32,000 nt of DNA from Fibrobacter succinogenes subsp. succinogenes S85 (GCF_000146505.1 NC_017448.1:2580001-2612000), one strand, 5' to 3'. Shown: positions 25,136 through 31,915, numbered from the stretch's first letter. Notes: a model not told the origin generated them from the letters alone. Program-made: numbers and translations.

Positions 25136-25162
25136 AGACCTACGATTTTTCGTGGGTCTTTT
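25136..25162 (+). terminator. Terminator-like hairpin directly after the box
   Basis: AGACCTACG (25136-25144) pairs with CGTGGGTCT (25151-25159), 9 bp including one G-U pair. TTTGG follows, which is a short U-tract. Confidence 0.45.
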
Positions 25163-25171
25163 GGCGTTTCT

Positions 25172-25231
25172 GAGGGTAGTTTTATAAAAAACGGGATGGC
25201 GGTGTGTTTGGTCGATCCCAAGGAGTGAACA
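25172..25231 (+). promoter_or_regulatory. Conserved 5' leader with stem-loop, copy 3 (more diverged)
   Basis: GAGGGTA-N14-GGGATGGCGGTGTGTTTGGTCGATCCCAAGGAGTGAACA-ATG. The stem pairs 25193-25200 with 25211-25219 and has a one-nucleotide bulge. Confidence 0.35.
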
Positions 25232-27424
25232 ATGAGATTACTGAAACGTTTAACGATGGCAGGCTTGCTGGCGGGCTTTGGTGTGGGCGCGCTTGCAGAC
25301 AACCCGATTTCGGCTTACCATTACTTGGCAGACCCGGGTGCCGCTGCCGATGATACTTATTTCTATGTCATAACCGACTCGGATGACCCTGCTGCATCGA
25401 ATGCCAATGGCTATAATATCAAGGCCCTTTACGGTTTCCGCACGAAGGATATGAAGAACTGGACCGATTTCGGTATCATTTATGATGCCCGCAAGGTCGA
25501 TGGCATTGGCGATATCTGGGCGTCTGGCATTGCGGTGAACCCGAATGACCACAGACTTTACATTGTGTTCCCGGATGGCGGTGGCGGCGGTATCGGCCTT
25601 ATCGGTGCCGATAGCATTGCAGGCCCGTGGACAAACCCGGTCTCTGGCAACAAGAAACTCATCAACAACTGGGGTGGCGGTCTTGCCGACTGCGACGGCA
25701 TTGGCTGGTGTTTTGACCCGGCAATCTTCTTCGATGACGATGGCCAAGGCTATTTCACGTTTGGCGGTGGTGAAAGCAATAGCCGCCCGGCAGCCAACAA
25801 TAACAACAATATCTTCAATATCTACAAGTTGAACAAAGATATGAAGGGCTTCGATGTAGGCTCCAAGACCCAATTGAAGATTGGTGGCCCGAAGGCGATG
25901 GAAGCCTCTTACATCCACAAGTATAAGGGTAATTACTATCTCTCTTACAGTACGGCGGATTTGCGCATTGCCTATGGTATGTCCAAGAACCCGATGGGTC
26001 CTTACGAATACAAGGGAATCTTCATGGGGAACCCGAATATCAACGGCCAGAACATCAATGCCAATAACAACAACCACCACGGCATTGCAGAATTCAAGGG
26101 CCACTGGTATGTCGCTTATCATGACCGCCGCATTGCCAACGGTTACGACGGCTTGGAAAAGATTCCTGCCGATGACGGTAAGGCGAATCCGGTGCCGGCA
26201 TTCCACCGCAGCGTGAGTGTTGACGAGTTTTTCTACAACGGTGACGGTACCATGAAGGAACTGACCTTCACGAAGGAAGGCCCGAAGCAGATTGAAAACT
26301 TCGATCCGTATGACTGGTATCCGGCTTTGACGAGTTCCAAGCAGAAAGGCATCCGCAGCCGTTCGAACTGGACTCCGGGCAAGGTCGCAGAACACCTCTT
26401 GCTCCCGCTTTCCACGAAGGAATCCTGGATTCGCGTGAGTGGCGTGGACTTTGGTACGGCGGCAACGGGCTTTGTGGTTCAGGCGGCAAGCGCTGCTGAT
26501 GGCAACAAGATTGAAATTCATTCGGGCTCTGCTACAGGTACGCTCGCTGGCACTTGTACGCTCAAGAATACCGGCAACAAGAACACTTTTGCAGAAAATT
26601 CCTGCGAAGTGACCGGCCTCAAGGGCATCGTAGATGAAATTTTCCTCGTGTTCAAGGGCTCTCAGGACTCCACCATGGCAATTAAGGCATGGGGCTTTGA
26701 AGGTAGCGGCACGACTCCTCCGGAACCGCAGAAACCGTATGGCGAAAAGGCTGTGACGCTCCCGGCAAAGATTGAAGCTGAACATTATGACATCCCGGGC
26801 GTTGGCCGCGGTGGCGATGTGGATTCTTACAGCGATAACGAAAAGGCAAACCAGGGCGATGCCAAGTTCCGCGAAGATCAGGGCGTTGACATTGTCGAAG
26901 GCGGTACGGGCATGGCGATTGGCTACACGGCTTCTGGTGAATGGCTCGAATATACGGTCGAAGTCCCGGAAGACGGTGATTATGCGATTAAGGCCTCGGC
27001 TTCTACTGGCATGGAAAGCGCAAGCTTCTGCTTCTTGGCCGATGGCAAGGCAATTGGCGATACCATTACGGTTCCGCAGACTGGCGAGGACTGGAGCGTC
27101 TATAAGGAATTCGAAGGTGGTAAGGCCAAGCTTACTAAGGGCACTCATGTAATCCGTCTCGTGATTACGGGCGACAACGTGAACGTGGACTGGTTCTCTC
27201 TCGGCGAAGTGAGCGAAGTGGGTCTCAAGCCTGCTGTGAAGTTCCAGGCTAATGCTTCTCGCGTCTACCGCGTGTATAGCGTGAGCGGCAAGCTGCTCGG
27301 CACTGTGGAACTCGTCGGAAAGAAGGCCGCCGAAGCTCTCCAGAGTGCAGGCTTCAATAAGGGCGTTTACATGCTCAAGAGCGTTGACGGCCACAAGACT
27401 TTCATGACTTCTGTCGCAAGATAA
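25232..27424 (+). CDS. GH43-family enzyme + beta-sandwich module + divergent CBM6 + C-terminal domain (paralog 3)
   Basis: The sequence includes MRLLKRLTMAGLLAGFGVGALA-DNPISAYHYLADPGAAADDTYFYVITD, then the CBM6 segments AKIEAEHYD...GEWLEYTVEVPEDGDYAIKASAS...IRLVITGDNVNVDWFSL. The tail is YRVYSVSGKLLGTVEL...GVYMLKSVDGHKTFMTSVAR. Confidence 0.9.
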   Translation: MRLLKRLTMAGLLAGFGVGALADNPISAYHYLADPGAAADDTYFYVITDSDDPAASNANGYNIKALYGFRTKDMKNWTDFGIIYDARKVDGIGDIWASGIAVNPNDHRLYIVFPDGGGGGIGLIGADSIAGPWTNPVSGNKKLINNWGGGLADCDGIGWCFDPAIFFDDDGQGYFTFGGGESNSRPAANNNNNIFNIYKLNKDMKGFDVGSKTQLKIGGPKAMEASYIHKYKGNYYLSYSTADLRIAYGMSKNPMGPYEYKGIFMGNPNINGQNINANNNNHHGIAEFKGHWYVAYHDRRIANGYDGLEKIPADDGKANPVPAFHRSVSVDEFFYNGDGTMKELTFTKEGPKQIENFDPYDWYPALTSSKQKGIRSRSNWTPGKVAEHLLLPLSTKESWIRVSGVDFGTAATGFVVQAASAADGNKIEIHSGSATGTLAGTCTLKNTGNKNTFAENSCEVTGLKGIVDEIFLVFKGSQDSTMAIKAWGFEGSGTTPPEPQKPYGEKAVTLPAKIEAEHYDIPGVGRGGDVDSYSDNEKANQGDAKFREDQGVDIVEGGTGMAIGYTASGEWLEYTVEVPEDGDYAIKASASTGMESASFCFLADGKAIGDTITVPQTGEDWSVYKEFEGGKAKLTKGTHVIRLVITGDNVNVDWFSLGEVSEVGLKPAVKFQANASRVYRVYSVSGKLLGTVELVGKKAAEALQSAGFNKGVYMLKSVDGHKTFMTSVAR

Positions 27425-27458
27425 AATTCATATAATTCCGAAACCAAATAACGAAAAG

Positions 27459-27492
27459 CACCCCGAAGGCAAAAGCTCTGGGGTGTTTTTTT
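27459..27492 (+). terminator. Intrinsic terminator after GH43 gene 3
   Basis: CACCCCG (27459-27465) pairs with TGGGGTG (27479-27485), followed by 7 T. Confidence 0.65.
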
Positions 27493-27502
27493 GTCGCTGC
27501 CC

Positions 27503-27691
27503 CATTACCAAAATGTCAATGATAAAAATTGGCAGAAATGTGGTTTTGGGGGAAAGTGAATCTAAATTATAGGGTGGAAAATCTTGCAATCATGCAAGGG
27601 AAGTTATGGGATGATGATTATGAGTTTAAAGCAGAATGCTTTAGCAACTGTTTTTGGCTATGGAGCCGCTGCCCTAGCCGTATTCATCTAA
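27503..27691 (+). pseudogene. 'Ghost' copy of the GH30 upstream region plus a truncated signal-peptide-like mini-ORF (27620-27691, 23 aa)
   Basis: CATTACCAAAATGTCAATGA (27503-) resembles CATTACCAAATTGACAATGG (28014-). These sit 117 and 115 nt before an ATG respectively. Both regions also share TGGGGG, TCATGCAA(G/A)GG and ATGGGAT(G/A)AT. The mini-ORF MSLKQNALATVFGYGAAALAVFI* resembles the GH30 signal peptide MKCMGEVLKIASFGLAFAIPAFA and then stops. Confidence 0.35.
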
Positions 27692-27739
27692 AAGATCCTC
27701 CTAAACCACACACCCTAATGGCGCTGAATGGTGCCATTT

Positions 27740-27771
27740 CACCTCGGGACGAATGTTCCGAGGTGTTTTTT
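27740..27771 (+). terminator. Strong intrinsic terminator after the ghost mini-ORF
   Basis: CACCTCGGGAC (27740-27750) pairs with GTTCCGAGGTG (27755-27765), 11 bp with one G-U pair, around a GAAT loop. Six T follow. Confidence 0.7.
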
Positions 27772-27800
27772 GCATCTCCTAATACAATGCGTGTAATTTA

Positions 27801-28010
27801 ATGAAAAAACAGAAAAAATCTAATCGTCGAGAGAATAAAGCGTCGGCCACAACCTTAAAAGGCGAGTGCCGCGACCATACTTGTATGGTCATGGTTGAGC
27901 CGTAAGGTTGGCGCTTGCGCCAGGATGGGTTTAAATCAACTCCGAGCTGGGGCCCCGCCCGCATGAAGTTCATTTATGAATAAAAAAGACTCTTGTTACA
28001 GAGTCTTTTA
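27801..28010 (+). ncRNA. Candidate structured small RNA and/or 34-aa basic mini-ORF (27801-27905), ending in a terminator-like hairpin
   Basis: An 8-bp closing helix pairs CAACCTTA (27850-27857) with TAAGGTTG (27903-27910). It encloses GACCATA-CTTG-TATGGTC (27873-27890). Next to it are GGCG-CTTG-CGCC (27910-27921), the GGGGCCCC palindrome (27949-27956), and AAGACTCT/AGAGTCTT (27986-28007) followed by TT. The alternative reading is an ORF, MKKQKKSNRRENKASATTLKGECRDHTCMVMVEP, which has no obvious Shine-Dalgarno. I recognise no known RNA family. Confidence 0.3.
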
Positions 28011-28013
28011 GTT

Positions 28014-28034
28014 CATTACCAAATTGACAATGGA
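28014..28034 (+). promoter_or_regulatory. CATTACCAAATTGACAATGGA box upstream of the GH30 gene
   Basis: It contains TTGAC (28024-28028), 105 nt before ATG 28129. It is related to the TTGAC boxes elsewhere and to the ghost copy at 27503. Confidence 0.3.
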
Positions 28035-28128
28035 AAATTATTCTGGGGGTGTAAAATGATTGCGCGAGGGATATAAATTTAGAATGTACCCTCATGCAAA
28101 GGGCATGGGATAATTATGGGAGATATTT

Positions 28129-30204
28129 ATGAAGTGTATGGGTGAAGTCCTGAAGATTGCTTCGTTTGGTTTGGCTTTTGCTATACCTGCTTTTGCCTCG
28201 ACGGTCAACGTTGACGTGACCGAAGAACACCAGGTTATCCGCGGGTTTGGCGGCATGGTGCATAACCAGTGGCAGGGCGGTGGAGGCCTTTCCGAAGCCG
28301 ATGCGAAGATTGCTTTTGGTACGGGCGATGGCACAATCGGCCTCAACACGCTCCGTATTCCGGTTTACGCCAATTCCAATGACTTCAACAAGGAAGTTCA
28401 GGCCGCAAAGTATGCCAAAAAGTACGCCGGCGATGACTTTATCCTTTATGCGACTCCGTGGACATCGCCGTACGCAGGGGCGAACCAGCACATGGCTTCT
28501 TCGAATTACCAGAAGTATGTGGACCACCTGAATAGCTTTAACGATTACATGAAGAATCAGGGCGTTCCCCTGTACGCTATCTCCATCAGTAACGAACCGG
28601 ACTGGTGCGGTGAATGGGCTTGCTGGAGTGCCGACGAAATCTACAACTTCACCAAGGGTTATGCCGACAAGATGCGCAAAAACGGCGCGAAGGTGATTTC
28701 GACGGAATCCTTCCGTTATGACAAGAACCTCTACAACAAGGTCTTGAACGATGCCAATGCCCTTAAGAACTGGGACATTCTCGGCGCGCATTTTTACGCG
28801 AGTGACCGAAGGACTGGGGACAACTTCTTCCAGTACAGCCTTGCTGACCAGAAAAAAGTCGAACGCTGGATGACGGAACACTATACCGAAAGCCAGGGAA
28901 GCGGTAACTACTGGCGCACGATTACGAATACGGGTGACCAGGCGAACGCCAACAAGCGCGATACCGTGAACGCCATGGACGTGGCTTACGAAATTCACCG
29001 CGCCATGGTCGTAGGCAATTTCAATCAGTACACCTGGTGGTACATCCGTCGCTGCTACGGCCTCATCATGGAAAAGGATTTTGGCAACAAGCTCCAGATT
29101 CCGCAGAACGAAATCGGCAAGATTTCTAAGCGCGGTTACGTGATGAGCCAGTTTGCGCGCTTTGTCCGCCCGGGTGCTGTCCGCGTGGGCGCTACAGCAA
29201 ACCCCGAAAAGGAAGTCTTTGCAAGTGCATACAAGAGCAAAGATGGCGATAGCGTTATCGTGGTGCTCGTGAACCGCGACTACAAGAATAGCAAGACTGT
29301 GACCGTCAATGTGAAGGGTGCCGATGTGGAAACTTTCCATGTGTACACCACTAGCGAAGCGAAAAATGCAAAGTACGAAGGCGAAGTCGAAGTCAAGAAT
29401 GGCTCCGTGACGATTACCATGGATGCCGGCAATTCAAGCAACAAGGACTGCATTGTGACACTCGTGGGCAGTGGCACTCCGGCAGATCCTGTACCTCGCG
29501 AACCGTTTGGTGGCAAGGTCGCTGAAATCCCGGGCAAAATCGAAGCCGAAAACTTTGACGTTCCGGGTACGGGCAAGGGCAACAAGTCTTATAGCGAAAA
29601 CGATTCCGAAGACCGTGGCGAAACCAACTACCGCGAAGGCACGGGTGTCGATATTTACAAGAAGGCTACTGGCTATGTGGTCGGCTATAACGAAGAAGGC
29701 GAATGGCTCGAATACTCCGTGAACGTGAAGGAAGCCGGTGATTACACAATGTTTGCTTCTGTCGCTACGAGTAATTCGACGTCTGGTTTCTCGCTCTCCT
29801 TGGATGGAAAAACTCTTGTAGAAAATGTCGCACTTTCGGGAACGAGCTTCGATGACTTTGTGAAGGTCAAGGCCAACGTAACGCTCCCGGCTGGTGAACA
29901 TATCCTCCGCATGACGGTGACGGGTTCCTGGTTCGATATCGACTACTTCAACTTTGCAAAGGGCAAGGATGCTGCCGATCCGGACGATAAGACGATTGGT
30001 TTGCGCGGTGCTAATTTCCGCTTGCCGACCGAAGCCGAAAATTACAGTGTCTTCGACGTGAACGGCGTGCTCGTGGGCAAGTTCCTTGCTACGACCAAGG
30101 CCGATGTCCAGCGCATGACCAAGAGCGTGGTGCGTCAGAATGGCATTTACTTTGTGAAGTCTCTCAAGTCCGGCAATGCTTACCGCATTTCTGTGGCAAA
30201 ATAA
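28129..30204 (+). CDS. GH30 (subfamily 8-like) glucuronoxylanase + CBM6 + basic C-terminal domain
   Basis: GH30 landmarks are present: IRGFGGMVHNQW, YAISISNEPDW (acid/base Glu context), WMTEHY (nucleophile context) and YTWWYIRRCYG (the IRR motif associated with glucuronate recognition in GH30_8). The CBM6 segments are GKIEAENFD...GEWLEYSVNVKEAGDYTMFASVAT...LRMTVTGSWFDIDYFNF. The tail is YSVFDVNGVLVGKF...GIYFVKSLKSGNAYRISVAK. Confidence 0.88.
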   Translation: MKCMGEVLKIASFGLAFAIPAFASTVNVDVTEEHQVIRGFGGMVHNQWQGGGGLSEADAKIAFGTGDGTIGLNTLRIPVYANSNDFNKEVQAAKYAKKYAGDDFILYATPWTSPYAGANQHMASSNYQKYVDHLNSFNDYMKNQGVPLYAISISNEPDWCGEWACWSADEIYNFTKGYADKMRKNGAKVISTESFRYDKNLYNKVLNDANALKNWDILGAHFYASDRRTGDNFFQYSLADQKKVERWMTEHYTESQGSGNYWRTITNTGDQANANKRDTVNAMDVAYEIHRAMVVGNFNQYTWWYIRRCYGLIMEKDFGNKLQIPQNEIGKISKRGYVMSQFARFVRPGAVRVGATANPEKEVFASAYKSKDGDSVIVVLVNRDYKNSKTVTVNVKGADVETFHVYTTSEAKNAKYEGEVEVKNGSVTITMDAGNSSNKDCIVTLVGSGTPADPVPREPFGGKVAEIPGKIEAENFDVPGTGKGNKSYSENDSEDRGETNYREGTGVDIYKKATGYVVGYNEEGEWLEYSVNVKEAGDYTMFASVATSNSTSGFSLSLDGKTLVENVALSGTSFDDFVKVKANVTLPAGEHILRMTVTGSWFDIDYFNFAKGKDAADPDDKTIGLRGANFRLPTEAENYSVFDVNGVLVGKFLATTKADVQRMTKSVVRQNGIYFVKSLKSGNAYRISVAK

Positions 30205-30222
30205 TTTCATATTCCTAAAAAC

Positions 30223-30253
30223 GGGAGCCGAGCAATTGGCTCCTGTTTTTTTT
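30223..30253 (+). terminator. Strong intrinsic terminator between the GH30 and esterase genes
   Basis: GGAGCC (30224-30229) pairs with GGCTCC (30238-30243), followed by TG and 8 T. Confidence 0.7.
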
Positions 30254-30279
30254 AAGAGTTTGTTAAAAGGGAGATAGAT

Positions 30280-31899
30280 ATGAGTGTGGAAATGAGCTTC
30301 AAAAAGCTGATGGGCATTGCAGGTGTTGCTGCTGGCCTCTCTATGTTTGCGGTAATGGGTGCAAATGCGGCTCCGGACCCGAACTTCCATATTTACATTG
30401 CTTACGGGCAGTCGAACATGGAAGGCAACGCGAGGAACTTTACGGATGTCGATAAGAAGGAACATCCTCGCGTGAAAATGTTTGCAACAACGTCTTGCCC
30501 GAGTCTTGGCCGCCCTACGGTCGGTGAAATGTACCCGGCAGTGCCGCCAATGTTCAAGTGCGGTGAAGGCCTTTCTGTCGCTGACTGGTTTGGCCGCCAC
30601 ATGGCAGATTCCTTGCCGAACGTGACGATTGGCATTATTCCGGTGGCTCAGGGCGGTACGAGTATCCGCTTGTTTGACCCGGACGATTACAAGAATTACC
30701 TCAATTCTGCGGAAAGCTGGCTGAAGAACGGAGCCAAGGCTTACGGTGACGATGGCAATGCCATGGGCCGCATTATTGAAGTCGCCAAGAAGGCTCAGGA
30801 AAAGGGCGTCATCAAGGGAATCATCTTCCACCAGGGTGAAACCGATGGCGGCATGAGCAACTGGGAGCAGATTGTCAAGAAGACTTACGAATACATGCTC
30901 AAGCAGCTCGGTTTGAACGCCGAGGAGACTCCGTTTGTCGCCGGTGAAATGGTCGATGGCGGTTCGTGTGCTGGCTTTAGCAGTCGTGTGCGTGGGCTTT
31001 CCAAGTACATTGCGAATTTTGGCGTGGCAAGTTCCAAGGGTTACGGCTCTAAGGGCGATGGTCTCCACTTTACTGTGGAAGGCTACCGCGGCATGGGCCT
31101 CCGTTATGCCCAGCAAATGCTCAAGCTCATCAACGTGGCGCCTGTTGACCCTGTCCCGCAGGAACCGTTCAAGGGTGCTCCGATTGCTATTCCGGGCAAG
31201 GTCGAAGTCGAAGATTTTGACAAGCCGGGTATCGGCAAGAACGAAGACGGTACGAGTAACGCCTCTTACAGTGACGAAGATTCCGAAAACCACGGTGATA
31301 GCGATTACCGCAAGGATACGGGCGTAGACTTGTACAAGGCGGGCGATGGCGTTGCTCTTGGTTACACGCAGACTGGCGAATGGCTTGAATACACGGTAGA
31401 CGTGAAGGCTGATGGCGAATACAATATCGATGCAAGTGTCGCTGCCGGTAATTCCACCTCTGCGTTCAAGCTTTACATCGACGAAAAAGCAATAACGGAT
31501 GATGTTTCCGTGCCGCAGACTGCCGACAATTCCTGGGACACGTACAAGACGATTTCCGTGAAGGAAAAGGTCACCTTGAAGGCCGGTAAGCACGTGCTCA
31601 AGCTCGAAATCACCGCCAACTACGTGAATATCGACTGGATCCAGTTCAGCGAGCCGAAAAAGGAAGACCCGCCGAGCGCGATTGCAAAGGTCCGTTTTGA
31701 CATGACTGAAGCCGAAAGCAACTTTAGCGTGTACAGCATGCAGGGCCAAAAGCTCGGGACGTTTACCGCGAAGGGAATGGCCGACGCGATGAACCTCGTC
31801 AAGACGGATGCCAAGCTCCGCAAGCAGGCAAAGGGCGTGTTCTTTGTGCGCAAGGAAGGCGCAAAGCTCATGAGCAAGAAGGTTGTCGTTTTCGAATAA
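30280..31899 (+). CDS. CE6 / SASA (DUF303)-type acetyl-xylan esterase + CBM6 + basic C-terminal domain
   Basis: Esterase landmarks are FHIYIAYGQSNMEGN (GQSNM serine motif), IIFHQGETDG and GDGLHFT. The CBM6 segments are GKVEVEDFD...GEWLEYTVDVKADGEYNIDASVAA...LKLEITANYVNIDWIQF. The tail is FSVYSMQGQKLGTF...GVFFVRKEGAKLMSKKVVVFE. Confidence 0.88.
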   Translation: MSVEMSFKKLMGIAGVAAGLSMFAVMGANAAPDPNFHIYIAYGQSNMEGNARNFTDVDKKEHPRVKMFATTSCPSLGRPTVGEMYPAVPPMFKCGEGLSVADWFGRHMADSLPNVTIGIIPVAQGGTSIRLFDPDDYKNYLNSAESWLKNGAKAYGDDGNAMGRIIEVAKKAQEKGVIKGIIFHQGETDGGMSNWEQIVKKTYEYMLKQLGLNAEETPFVAGEMVDGGSCAGFSSRVRGLSKYIANFGVASSKGYGSKGDGLHFTVEGYRGMGLRYAQQMLKLINVAPVDPVPQEPFKGAPIAIPGKVEVEDFDKPGIGKNEDGTSNASYSDEDSENHGDSDYRKDTGVDLYKAGDGVALGYTQTGEWLEYTVDVKADGEYNIDASVAAGNSTSAFKLYIDEKAITDDVSVPQTADNSWDTYKTISVKEKVTLKAGKHVLKLEITANYVNIDWIQFSEPKKEDPPSAIAKVRFDMTEAESNFSVYSMQGQKLGTFTAKGMADAMNLVKTDAKLRKQAKGVFFVRKEGAKLMSKKVVVFE

Positions 31900-31915
31900 T
31901 TCTAGACTCCATGAA

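Noticed and set aside
27895-27935. Resemblance of GAGCCGTAAGG...GGGTT to group II intron domain V (GAGCCGTAT...ACGGTTC).
   Set aside because: The arms do not pair as domain V should. The loop is CUUG, not GNRA. No intron-encoded ORF or other intron domains are nearby.
27529-27973. ORFs 27529-27801 (+, 90 aa) and 27779-27973 (-, 64 aa) as protein-coding genes.
   Set aside because: They have no RBS and no recognisable motifs. They cut across terminator hairpins and the region homologous to the GH30 leader. The composition looks non-coding.
20471-31749. Very long antisense ORFs: 20471-22690 (739 aa), 22868-24973 (701 aa), 25250-27394 (714 aa), 28114-29340 (408 aa) and 29434-31749 (771 aa). Smaller ones lie opposite yidC, the barrel gene and the sensors.
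   Set aside because: They sit exactly codon-aligned opposite genes with unmistakable protein-family motifs. Their translations are low-complexity and rich in R, V, A and H, with no recognisable domains. One of them runs straight through an intergenic terminator. They are mirror ORFs produced by avoidance of TTA, CTA and TCA codons on the sense strand.
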